From NCBI GenBank assembly GCA_043228905.1, contig JBHGNT010000008.1, positions 19,344,001 to 19,408,000 on the forward strand: a DNA stretch of 64,000 bases. Reading direction: 5' to 3'. The DNA comes from Azolla caroliniana (Eukaryota > Plantae > Polypodiophyta). The notes under the pieces were generated by a model. That model was not told where the DNA came from. It saw only the letters and a list, made by a program, of their open reading frames with translations, and ran no database searches. The translations under genes and the position numbers were made by a program. Below, in pieces: positions 13,676 to 26,723 of this stretch. Each line of letters starts with the position of its first letter. Positions within the stretch are counted from its first letter, which is position 1.

Positions 13676-16600
13676 TCAGCTCCTTTCTTCTTCTTTCTCT
13701 CCCTTTGTCGGTTCTTCCCTCACTGGCGCAATCGACAGTTTCTTTGCCTTTGCCCGTTCTAGCGTTCTCCCCCTCAAGTGTGGCACGTCGAGATGCTGAA
13801 CACCAAGCATTTTGGTGAAGTGCTGCAACTTGTCCGTTCCAAGCGGTTTGGTGAAGATGTCAGCAACTTGTCGATCCGTATGAACATACCGAAGTTCGAC
13901 TTCACCGCTCAGGACACACTCATGCACGAAGTGGTAGTGCACTTCTATATGCTTTGTGTGAGCATGGAATACGGGGTTCTTGGCGAGCTGCATGCTGCTT
14001 ATGTTGTTGTAGTAGAGCAGGATCGGGGTCGGCACCTCAATCCGTAGGTCTTGTAGTAGTCGCCGAAGCCAAATGGCTTCACAGGTGGCAATGGTAGCGC
14101 CCCGGTATTCAGCCTCAGTTCTCGAAAGGGCCACTGTTGGCTGCTTTTTGCTGCTCCACGCAACAACCGCGCTACCAAGGGAAAACATATAGCTGAAGGT
14201 GGATCGGCGATTCGATGCATCGTCGGCCCAGTCGGCATCGGTGTAGCCGACTAGCTCTTCAGTTATACCATGCCGGTATAACAGTCCCCGTTCCTTTGTG
14301 CCACTCACATATCACAAAATTCGATGTGCGCACAGAAGGTGCTCCACGGTCGGCTTCTGCATACATTGGTTGATCACGCCAACCGGATAATTGATGTCGG
14401 GTCGGGCGATTGTCAAATATATAAGGCTTCCGACGATTTGTCGGAACCGCTTCTTATCGCAGGCCGGTCCGGAGTCGGGACAAAGCATCTGGTTCCGATC
14501 CAGGGGTGTGGAGATCAGTCGGCATTCCGTCATGCCGAACTTGTACAACATAGTCAAGACATAGTGTCTTTGTGAGAGCAGTATGCCGTCAGGGGTTCGA
14601 ATCACCTCGATCCCAAGGAAATAGTGAAGGTCCCCCAGGTCCTTCATCTCAAATGCGTCCGATAGATGGGACTTGACTTGGCTGATTTCATCTAGTCCGG
14701 GTCCGGTGATGACTAGATCATCAACATACAACAAGATGCAAACCGAACCGTCCGGACCTTGTCGGATGAACAACGAAGAGTCAGACTTGGAGGCCGCAAA
14801 CCCCATCTTACGCAACCGGTGCCTGATCTTCGCATTCCAAGGTTGGGGGGATTGCTTCAGGCCATAAAGTGACTTCTTCAGTCGGCATACCGCCGACTTG
14901 TTCATCCCCGACTGGAAACCGGGGGGTTGGGTCATAAAGACCTCTTCTTCAAGATCGCCTTGAAGAAATGCATTCTTCACAATCCATCTGGTGAAGATGT
15001 CACCCCCTTGCCGCAACAACCGCCAACACCACATGAACCGTCGTCATCTTCGCTACCGGAGCGAAGGTCTCGTCGTAGTCGATTCCGTGGGTCTGCGTGT
15101 ATCCCTTTGCCACTAACCGGGCCTTGCACCGGTTAACCGAACCGTTGGCATTGTATTTTACCTTGTACACCCACTTACATCCGATTGGTTTACAATGTCG
15201 AGGAGGGTCAACTAGGTCCCATGTGTTGTTGGCATCAAGTGCCCGCATCTCTTCCTCCATAACGGCACACCAATTTGTGTCCTTTGCCGCTTCTGTGTAG
15301 CTCTCCGGCTCACACACTTCCGCCACCTTGGTCATGTACGCATAGTGATGCGCCATGTACTCATTGTACCCGTACCGCGTCACGGGGTTCTTCAGGTGGG
15401 AAGACTGGTGTAACTTGGTATTACCTGGTTTGGGGCTCTTCTTGGCCGGGTCGGACTTCATTCCCGAAGATCTGCCTTCATCCTTCCCGGAGTCGGAATC
15501 GCTTCGATCCGACTCAACGTTGCAAGTTTTATATTCCGGCATTTTCTTCTTCCCCTTCTCTTTGTGCGTGAACCGTCTCCTCAGTTCCTTGCGCGGGTAG
15601 AGCACGACAGAGTCTCCATTACTCGCCGGTTCCTCATCCGACTGGTCATCCCGACTCAGCTGCTCACTCAGTCCACTTAACCGAAATGAGATTGGACTCT
15701 CTTCTAGAGTGCCCAGGTCTTCATCTTCTATCTGGACCGGTTCAGGCTCACTAGCCTCATCCTCCGATATCAGGTCGGGGTTGGAAGTCGGAGCCGGTAA
15801 GACATACCATGATGCTGTCTCATCAAACTCAACATCTCGGCTAACTCGGACCTGCTTCGTCCGAGGGTTATAACACTTATACCCCTTTTGCTCATGCGAG
15901 TAACCGAACAAGATGCATTTCTCCGACTTTGCATCCAACTTCCTCCGCTTCTCATCCGGCACATGCACATATGCAATGCTACCGAATATCCGAAGGCGTC
16001 TCAAATTCGGCTTGTGTCCGAAATACAGCTCATGTGCGGACACCTTGTCACCGATCCGGTTTTGGATGTAGACGGTCGTCCGGACCGCCTCCGCCCAGTA
16101 GAAATGGGGCATGCTCTTCTCCTCTAGCATTGCCCTTGCCGCGTCGATAATCGACCGGTTCTTCCTTTTGGCCACACCGTTTTGCTTCGGTGTGTATTTG
16201 CAGCTGAACTCTCTCCGAATTCCTTTTTGCTACAGATAATTGTTGAATTGGCCGGAAAAATATTCTTTTCCGCCATCCGACCGCAAGCACCTGATCTTCC
16301 TCTTTGTTTCCCGTTCAACCAACCTTTGATGGTTCCGGAAACACTCGAAGACTTCACTCTTCCGCTCAATGACGTAGATCCATGTGTGCCGGTTGTAGTC
16401 GTCGATGAAGGAGACGAAACACCAACTCCCACCAAGACTAACGTTCTATGCCGGTCCCCATACATCCGAATGAATAGGGTCGAGCTTGTTACGGCTACGA
16501 TTTCATTCGGTGGGGAATGGAAGCCGGTGTTGCCTCCCGAGTTGGCAGGCTTCACATATTTGGGCCTTCCGGCCATTGAACTTCAACAAACCGAAAACAA

Positions 16601-18079
16601 CTTGTTTCGTTTGCAGGTCTTGAAGCCTCCGGTAATTGACGTGGCCGATCCGCTTGTGCTAGAAATCAATATCCGATTCAATCTTCTGTCCTTTGGCGAA
16701 CAAAGCGGTGCCGACGTCATTGGTGTCGAGGATGAACATCCTCCCTTCTCTGCGCCCTTGCACAATAATCTGGTCCTCTTCTTCGATGAACCACCCAAGG
16801 TGCGTAAACCGCACGTGCATCCCCTGGTCAACAATCTGATTGACTGACACTAGGTTCTTCGTGATAGTCGGAATGTGTAATACGTTCATCAACTTCCCCC
16901 TCCTGTTCGACGTGGCTCAAAGGGACTTCTCTGATATGCATGATTGGGTGAGGAGTGTCGTCTCCGGTTTCGATGACTCCCGGTTGTTCCGGTTTATCCA
17001 CAAAGGAGAACCACTCTTTGTGGCTCGTCATGTGATTCAACGCACCGGAATCAACGTACCCCGACTTCCTCCGATTTGGAAGTGGTCTTCTTCATTGAGT
17101 TAGCCTCGTGTTTCATCACCAAGGCTGGCCATTTACCGACTTTTCCGGTTTTGGATCCTCCCGATCCTTCTGCGTAGTGTGAGTATTGTCAGTTCTCTCT
17201 GCTGGCCTTGTCGGATTCGGATCTGTCTGAATCGGCGTGCTTCTTCCAACACTCGCTTTCTTTGTGGCCCTTTTTACCACAGTTCCAGCATTCTGCGTTG
17301 GCCTTTGCTTGCCGGCCTCTAGCGCCGCCTTGACTCCCCCTGCTTGTGGAGGGTCCGGAACTGCTGTCGGCACGTTCTCTGTGCCTTCGGTCCTCCTCTT
17401 GCCGGCTGCTACCATTGCGAGCCGAGCCGCCTCGTCCACCATGCCCATGGGGCCGATCAGCCTCCATGTACAGCATCCGGATGTCGGTGGGTGCACCTGT
17501 TGATGCACCGGTGTGGTTCTCCTCTACAAGGAGCATCGACTGTAAGTAGAAAAATGACGACGTATTTTCCCTTGTACACACAACAATTCGGAATGCTCCG
17601 AACTTTGACGCCAAACCTCCGAGACAGATTTGCACCATATCGACTTCTTTGATATTCACATCGATGGAGGCCAGAGAGTCGCAAATGTCCTTGATTTTGG
17701 AGTTGTAGTCTGCCACCGACAAGTTGCATTGTTGTAGGTTGCTCAGCTCTTGTCGAAGTTGAAGCTTCCTAGCTGTAGTGCTTGTGGCGAAAATCTTCTT
17801 CAGATTTCCCCAAGCATCTTTCGGCGTTTTTGCATCCCGAATGTAGCTTAGGAGTTGTTCGCCCACACAAGACGCGAAGCAGTACAATACTCTGCTCGCC
17901 GACTGTTCCCACACTGGGAAATTTCTGTGTGTCGATTCGGGTGTTGTGTCATTTGATCCATCGACATAGCTCCAGTAGCTATGCCCAAGCGGGTACTGGT
18001 GCATCTTGTAGGACCAAGACGCGTAGTTGTTTCTGTCGAGCTTCTCCGTCAGAAGCGAGCTAGCCATGGCTCTATCCAT
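13676..18079 (-). pseudogene. Copia A gag-pol polyprotein, frameshifted
   Basis: Gag with CWNCGKKGHKESEC knuckle, GAG-pre-integrase, integrase (FYWAEAV), RT (LYVDDL) and RNase H (YTDADWA, KHIEVHYHF) in Copia order across several frames. Confidence 0.92.
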
Positions 18080-18250
18080 CGGTTTTACCTGTTCTTCTTG
18101 GTTGGTTTTCCTTTCAAGCTATGTCGGCTGTAGAGGTTCTCAACCCTCTCGCTCTGATACCATGTAAAGAATAGCGTGTGGAAGCAAGTAGGAAACTGAA
18201 GACAGAAAAATACGTAGGTTTAATGGAGAGCTTGAATATACGCAGTACGC

Positions 18251-18317
<67 letters not shown>

Positions 18318-18913
18318 CACAAGACTCTATTCAGAAAATAATAGTTCTCTGTAATACTCTGTACATCGTATGTGTTCAGTGAACACTTTTATACAAGTCT
18401 ATTGAGAATCAAGCTCACCTTGAGAGTGAATAGACACTCCAACGGTTAAGAGTCACCATTAAGTCACCTCTTTGTATTCTAGCATTTAGTATGAGTCATA
18501 AAATCATATTCTATGACACATAACTTATGAGCTTTCACATTCCCCATGCTCCATGAGCCTTGTAGTTAATGAAGAGAGAGGGTGACTATATAAAGCACCC
18601 TCCTCCCACCTTGTATTTGGTTGAGTCTTTCTCCTTTGTTAAGATACTTTTAACCTTGCGTATACTCTGTGTGTGTGTGTGTCTCTCTCTATCTCACACA
18701 CACACAGTTCACACCTATTCCGCTTCACAAGAATCCATCTCTTGATTCTTTTCATGGTATCAGAGCGATTTGGTAGCTCGATCTAGCCCATTCGCCTCAT
18801 CGTGATCGTGTGTTGTGCTCCACGCCGACGACCAAGAACCGGCTCATCGCTATCGTAGCTTCGCTACATAGCACACATTCGAAGACAGAAGAAGAAGAAG
18901 AAGAACCAACATA

Positions 18914-19931
18914 ATGAATACTCAAATGGGAGCGCTCTCCCTACCGAGAAGTTGGATCGAAACAACTTCGCATCTTGGGAGTACAAGATGCACCAATACC
19001 TTGTCGGACAAGGCTATTGGAGCTACATCAAAGGAGCGCATGAAGACCGACCCGCCGAAGCGGCTCCCGGATACGCGACATGGGAGCAAGCCGCAAGCCG
19101 CGTGATGTATTGTTTGGCGACATGTGTTCATGACCACATGCTCGGTTACATTCGAGAAGCCAAGACACCGAAGGAAGCATGGGAAAATCTATGAAAGATT
19201 TTTGCCGCCAACACGACCGCGAGGAAGCTTCAAGTCTGCCAAGAGTTGAACAACATTCAACAAAGGGACATGTCCATCACGACATACACCTCAAAGATCA
19301 AGGAGCTTTGCGATTCTCTCGGCTCAATAAGCGTAAATATCGATGATGATGAGATGGTTCAAATATGCCTCAGCGGCCTCGCACCACGGTTCGGCGCGAT
19401 GTGAACCGCTGTTCTAGCACGGGAGAAATCTCCCTCCTTCTTCGAGCTCCAATCAACGCTATTGGTCGAAGAAAACCATGTGCGTACAATGAGCAATGAG
19501 TCGGAAGGCCACATGCTCTATATGCAATCGAACGGAGGAAGAGGACGCGGACGAGCGAGAGGCCGATTAGGCCAAGGACAAGGCGGACGAGGTTCGACCT
19601 ACGACAACAACTCCCAATTTCGGCCGCAAAATGGAAGCCAACGAGGAACCTTCGCAAGAAGGGGGAGCTTCCACTCTGGCCCGAGCCGTCAAAACGTAAC
19701 CGAATGTGGATATTGCGGAAAGCTTGGCCACCACGAAGAAGAGTGCCAAAAGGAGATGCGTGAATCGCTTTCCACAAGCCGACAACTCACGAATTACGCG
19801 CACAATTCCGACTACGAAGAGTATAGCGGGATGTACGGGCACAACTCTGACTACGAAGATCGTGGTGGAATGTATGCACACAACTCCGACCGTGGCGGAA
19901 TGTTCATGATGAAACATGGAGCAAACTCTAT
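18914..19931 (+). pseudogene. Copia B gag (decayed), interrupted by the DNA transposon
   Basis: DRNNFASWEYKMHQYL and CGYCGKLGHHEEEC knuckle, with internal stops and frameshifts. Confidence 0.9.
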
Positions 19932-22900
19932 AACATGTTCGCGTTCACAAGTGGAAGAATCGCGCATAAATGGAAGGATAAGGGAAATTTTAGGGGTTTT
20001 TCAGTGATTTTACAAAACACATTGATACCAGTATCATACATGTTCAAACATACTATGAAAAAGGTTAAAAATCCACAAACTTTACAACCAATGTTATTTT
20101 ACACAACTAAAAAAAGACGAATTTCAAAAAGATACATTCTCAATTTATATCACAAACTTTACAACCAATGTTATTTTATAAGAAACGATTTTTTAGAAAT
20201 CATAAGAATTCAAAACACATGATTTTATATTACTCGATTTGTTACAAGCGGAATGTAGTTACACTTAATAGCCAAATATACATTCATGATCACTCCTCTA
20301 CGGAGAATCACTACTATAACTAATATACAATGACGATTCCTCCTCATCATCCTCGGATGTACCAATCAGTGCATTATCTTCGTCATAAACCAAATGGTTT
20401 GACTCTAGATTATATGTAGCAGATCTCGTTTGCCTTTGACTCGAGCCACCTTGTAGACCTGGTAATTTTTCTTTTATTATATCTATTGTTGACTTCCTTA
20501 ATCGTCCGGCTTTTGTAAGTGTGAAGTCGTACACAATGATATCCACATCAGAGATATCAAGGGTCGAGGTGTTACGAATGTTTCGCTTCCTCTTCCTACC
20601 TCCCCTTCTTGTTTGGCATTCAATCATCTCCAATGTATACTTACCTGTAAAAGCATTTGCACTTCTAGTGTTGTACCAATGAACATTTATAGACTTGATC
20701 GTGTTTTCTATTTCATGCATTAGCACTTCTAGAATTTTACCAACCCAAAATTGGTGGCCATGTGAGTTCTCATCAGCCGGCGTTGCAATCAACATCCCCG
20801 CGGTGAGCTCTTGCAAATTTCCTTGCCATCTAGCTTCGGCTGCTTTGGTCATCCTTGGTCCCACATAAATATCTCTATGTTGTGGATGGACCAAGCTGTC
20901 ATTAATCACATTTACTAGTTGCTCTGGACTTCTATTTACGCGATCATGTTGCAGCGACCATGTGAATGGCGTTTCCAAATTCCAATTATCAACAGATACA
21001 CAATTGTCTATAATTTCTTTCTGATCACTATAAAATACATCCCACCATGACGTGTCTTGTTGTGCGGCATATTTCTTGGCGGCCTCAATATGCTTTCTTT
21101 TTTCTTCTAAGGCTTGGAGCCATGACCGTTTTTGTTCTGATACCAAGTCGCTCTGCAACTGTCCTTTCTTCTCAATTGGCATTTGCTTAGCTCCATGGAC
21201 AATTGTACTCGGCATACAAAGTAATAACTGGCAACCACCTTCAGGTTCCCATGTTGTAGAAGATGAATATTGTTTAGCATACAAAAGTGTAGAACCACTT
21301 ATTCCATTTTTCTTTATCATAAAAATGTGATTGAAACTTATATTGTTTAACTGAGCAAGCACTTTAACATTCCCACCACCCCCATCTAATATATATCTCT
21401 TAAAGTCATATACCTCCTTCAAGTGTAACACTTTTGGGCGTGGTGTATAAGCATCACAAATGACATCAAATAGTTTAGGTAAAGTGAAAGCATCATGCCG
21501 AGACAACTGTCTGGAGAATGTGCTAAACATCTGATCTATATGGTCATGTGTGTGGCCAACCAAAAGGAAATTGACTTTCACTTTCCTAAACAATTCTAGG
21601 TTGACCAACATACTTAGATAGCCAAATACAGTTGAATTTTTGTTCTCTCTAGCAGTATTGTCCAATTGAATGTATAGAACAGGGGGGAAAGGTTGTCCCC
21701 AAGACATCAAAACTCGGTGAATCATTGTAACTGTTAGGTTAGGGTCATTGTGAACATTGGGGTAAGTAATGAAGACGTGAGGTCGAACAAACCTATTATA
21801 AGCCAAGCATCCCACCAAGTGCATTTGAACAAGGCACTCATCATTGACATCTTTGGGGAGCCTCCGCATATGCGGCAAGCATGTCTTCTTCTGGTCCATG
21901 CCATCTATCATTAAGCACATGTATTGTTCGGGCCTCTTCAAACACTTCTCTCTATGATGCATCACCTTCCTTCGTATCCTTTTCCATTGATGTCTTTGCA
22001 CCTTTAGCCAAACTTTTAAGATTTGCACAAATGGAGCAATACCCCATACGTACTTTACGAGGAATAATAACATTTGAAAACCGAGCTCTCCATAATCTTG
22101 TGAATTGGCTATAGGTGATAGACTTATTACGTGAGCCCAGCATATCAGATCGATAGACATCATAAACTTCCCGACGTGTATAATTATCAGAAAGATGCAT
22201 CCTACCTGTAGTGGGCATTATTTCACAATTTAACTGAAAGTAAGTTTTCATCCAGCCAATAGCATGTCTTCCAATTGCACCTTTCATACTTGGAACCTCT
22301 TTACAATTGAGCATCTGATCCCCGCTAAGTAGACGTTGTTGTACTCTATGTAGCCGCATGTTACTAACACATAACGCAATTTTGAATGCAACTCTACATA
22401 TCTGTTGCGCATGGAAGATATAATACTCGAATGATACTTTGATCCCCGTACATTTGTCAGATACTAGTTGCATATGTGACCCGAGGTAAGTGTCTTGCTC
22501 ATCACCGGTCATCGAAAAATAGTATCGCCTTAATTCTCACAACTTTGATTTTCCAATCATAGACATACAACCATGGGCACAACATATTTTTTTGACATCA
22601 AATCCAATTTGTTTATCTGATGTCACCAAGCTAAATCTAGCCAGACGAATTCTTCGTGGGATTCTTCTAATATGCATAGGGCTCCCAGATTTATCTTCAT
22701 GCATAGAGGTTGGTGTAACCTTGTTACAGTCTAATTCTCTGTTGTGACCATCGCCAATGTTATTCAATGTTTCTGTTGTATGTATGGCTGGACTAGCCGC
22801 AACACAGGTGTCTATCCGACACTTCTCCAAAGGGGTGGTAGGGATAGGATGTTAATACACGCGTATGATAATTACACTTAAGCACAGACGAAGACAAGAT

Positions 22901-23193
22901 CAATAAACATAAGCAAGACTATATTAATTCTTCGTAACTTCATTACAAAACATCGGATCCTTTTATAGGCATCCGGCCAGATTACAATCGGTGCTCTTAG
23001 GCAACCGTTAACCGAAACCGAATCGGTTCGGATCCGGATCGGTTACAACTACCGGATCCGTCCCTCCTAATAATTCTATTCCTATTTCTATATTTATCCG
23101 ATCCGACCTTGCTTTCCCATTTGCCTTCTCTGATCGGCCAACACATGGCACGCCCGTGGGAAAGTGCATTGCACTTCGAACCCACAGCCGGCT

Positions 23194-26115
23194 TCAGTCT
23201 TCCTCCAAAATATCCAGCAAACTCCGCTCAGAGGTTTCAAGTGTTGTCTTGCCTGTGCCGTCTCCGACTTCCGACTGGATTGGCTGCCTTTTCGCATCTT
23301 GCTGCTCCGCCTCTGCTTGTACCGGTGGTACCGGTGTTTCTTCTGTATCCTGTCCGGGTCTGTCCTGCTCTACCTCCGTTCCGTTCCCGGTATCGCTCTC
23401 TCCGGTTTCCACTGGTTGTGTCCTTTCCTCCCCGGATTCGGTACTTTCCTGTCTCCACTCTGCATCATCCCCGGCATCAACCTGTTCTTGCTCCGGAAGT
23501 TCTTCCTCGGGTAATTCTTGCCGGGGTGCATTGTCGGTTGGGTCCTCTTCAGCCGGTCGCTCGCCCTCACTGATGGAGATCGGCGTTGTGTGTCCCTCGG
23601 CTTCCTGTCGCAGTCGGTCCTTCTCGTACCCTTCCAATTCTAGTTGGGTTTCGAGCTGCCCGTCATCCAACCTCTCTACTAACCCTCGGATTTCCTTGAG
23701 ATGCTCTTCTGCTAGAGCATAGAAATCCTCCGACAGTTCTTCCCGGATGTTGACGATACTTTCTTCGTCCATTTTATAGAACCCATCTCCGGTTTTCTTC
23801 CGATTTTCTGCATCAGCTCGGAGTGTCTGCAGTTCAGCTGCCTGTTGTGCCCATTCCCTCCAGAGCTTCTCCGTGCTTTCATTTATGCTAGCCTGAGCTC
23901 GGGTACTCCAACTTGACATGATGAACTTAATTCGGCCAACCCCTGCTTTAGCCTATTCCGAAGCTGCTTGTTTTTCCTTCCTTATCCGTTTGATGATGTC
24001 GGCCAGTAACTGAGCTTGAGCTTCATAGTCGGCTTTTTGCTTGTCACAGGTACTCCGCCATTTGCTAATTTCGAAAGTCGACTTCACTTTTTCCTCGTTC
24101 CTGCTCTTTGTCAGCTCCCCTACTTCCTGCCGAAGTACTTCCATCTCCTTTCTTTGTTCCGACGTCAAGGTCTTCTCCGCCGATACTTCCTCCCTTGCTT
24201 TGGACAATTCCAAGCGGTTTTCCTTGAGCTGCTCTTTCAGCTTCTCTATCTGTCGGTCGTACGTTGCTGCCTGATTCTTGATGTCCGACGTGGCCTGTTT
24301 ATAATCCTTACATAGTCGGTCGAATTCCTCCGTCTTCTGTTTTAGGCGTCGGTTCGCCTGAGCTCGCAACCGATCATCTCGGTCCTTTTGTTGTCGGAGT
24401 TCCTCTCGCAACCGCTCGATTTCCTGCTCCATTCGTCGGCGCAGCCTATCTTTTTCCTTTTGCAGCTTCCCGTTTTCTTCTTGTAGTCGGTCATTGGTGG
24501 CTTTGCTTCGGCGAAGGCCTTCCTCCATTTGCCGTCTGTCGTCTTCTACCAACTTCCGCTGCTCCCTTTCGTTGTCTCTCAATGCCTCCTGAGCCTGTAA
24601 TTCTTCTTTCAAAGTTGCTATTAACTTCTCGGTCTCAGGGCCGGTTTGCAAGGCCTTCTCCTTCTCCGTTTCTGGTTCGGCTTGCTTTTCTGATGTCCCG
24701 ACCGCCTCGGTGCCATCTTGTGCTTGTCGGCTGCCTTCTTTTGCCTGTGCTAGCTCTTCTTGCAGCTCATGTAATTGTGCCCGGAGCATGACCATATCCT
24801 TAGTCGTCGTCCTAGTCACTTGTTCCCTTTGCTCCTCCTCTTTCTCCATCTGGTCTGCCACTCCCGACAACTGCCCTGACAACCACCTTAGCCATTGTGC
24901 CTTTGTTCTGCCCTCGTCGGTGTGAGCAGGCGTACCTAGCTCCGGCTGTTTTTCCGGCTGTTTCTCCGGCCTCTTCTTTTGCTCCGGCGCTTGTTCCTTT
25001 TCTTGTTCTTCGAACTCCGCCGCCGTCGGTTCCGGTACTGCCGTCTTTGGTGCAGACAGACTTTCATCCTGTGTCGCTTCTGTTCCGGTTACTGGAGGCG
25101 GTTCTTTCGCCCGTTGCTGAGTTCCGTCCGCTGTTGGGGTCGGTCTTGTCGCCTGTTTCTCCTTTCCTTGCCTGGGTGGTAGTATTAACATCGGTTCGGA
25201 TGAGTCTTCCTCTGTTTCAGCGTCCTCCGTCGGTGCGACTATCGGTTCCTTTACTGGTACCGGTTCCGATTCGAGCGTTACTGGTTCGGTGTCGGTTTGC
25301 CTCTTGCTGGTCTTCTTCGCCAGCTTCTCCTTGCCTTTTTCCGCCTTTTTCTTCGTCATGGCCGGTTGCTGTGGCTGTTTCTTTGGCTGCCGTGATGGGC
25401 CTTCTTCCCGCGGTTGTCGAGATGATCCTTCTTCCCGCGGTTGTCGGGATGATCCTTCTTCCCGTGGTTGTCGGGATGATCCTTCTTCCCGTGGCGCTTC
25501 TTCTTCCTGTGTCCATCCTGGAGTGTGTTTCTCTAGGATTCGTCGGCGCTTCATGGTTGGCTTCGGCGTAGTCTCCTGCCGACTTCTTTTCTTGTGCTTG
25601 ATGGGGGACGCCGGTGGGACCAACACGGTTAACCATTGGGATATTCCGGCCCATGGCTTCTTCCCTTCCACCAAGTGCTTGATCGCCTCTTTCAGTCCTT
25701 CGGTAATGAAGTGGAGCCAGTCCACCTGCAGGCCTTCGAATGTCGCGATGACGATTGCTGCTCGGTATTTGGCTATGGCTGGCGGATGAGGGTTCACGAA
25801 CCCATACTCTATCAGGGCGCGGGCCACCTCTCCGAACAACAGGTTCTCTCCACCCTGTGTGTGATACGCCTTGCTGCTGAGGGAATATTCGCCGAAATAT
25901 TCGAAGAATATTTGGCTCGAGGGTAGCTCTATTGTCTGAAGTCCGCCCTCCGCAATCCCGGTGAGCGCTTGTACCGCTCCTTCGGTGACTTCTGCCAGGT
26001 CCACTGCTGTTGCCGCTTGCTCTGGTTCCTTGTGTGGCGGAGCGTCGGCGACCCGCAGCAGCCCTCCTAATCCGTTCTCCATCAGCCATTGTCGCGCTCC
26101 TTCCGACAGTGCCAT
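23194..26115 (-). CDS. Extra 3' ORF of the Gypsy element (about 970 codons; coiled-coil, acidic; one internal stop at 23953-23955)
   Basis: ORFs 23953-26373 and 23194-23919 are in the same frame. Likely start is MALSEG at 26115. Contains four PREEGSSRQ-type repeats and a long E/K/R/Q heptad region. Confidence 0.7.
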
Positions 26116-26672
26116 CGCTTCTTCTTCCTCTGCTGCTGCCTGTGGTCTGAGGTCGTGGTGTGGGTGTTCTGCGCGTCGGATCTCGCTGTCTTGAGCCTGC
26201 GTTTGCTTGTGGGAAAATTCGTAAAAAGTGAACCCTTCTCCGGTTCTTCCTTTATATAGTGGCGTTTCCCTCGAGCCGCCTTTTCCTGTTTTTCGCGCGT
26301 GCGTATCTTCTGCCATAATTAGCATGTCACTCTTTAATTTTGGCGTCTGCACGTCCTCTGCCTCGCATAGCATGTCCTATTTTTGGCGCTTGCGCATGCT
26401 CTGTCATGAATAGCATGTCTGTCCTTTGTTGCCGCGTGTCATGCTTGCGCTTCTTTGCCGCGTGTGTCGAATCTCCTACGTGTCTGTCATTAAGACTCCT
26501 TGATTGCCGCGCATGTTAAATCTTGTACATCGGCCCCCCACGTTCTGTGCTTTAAATAGCTCGTGCACCCGTGTGACGGTTGTAACTACCTCCTTCATCA
26601 TTACCATGATTTTCTTGATCCTCTCTTTTTTGATCTCTTCTTGTCTTGAATTTTCTAACCGTAGCATCACGT

Positions 26673-26707
<35 letters not shown>

Positions 26708-26723
26708 CCACCCATGTGCCGCA

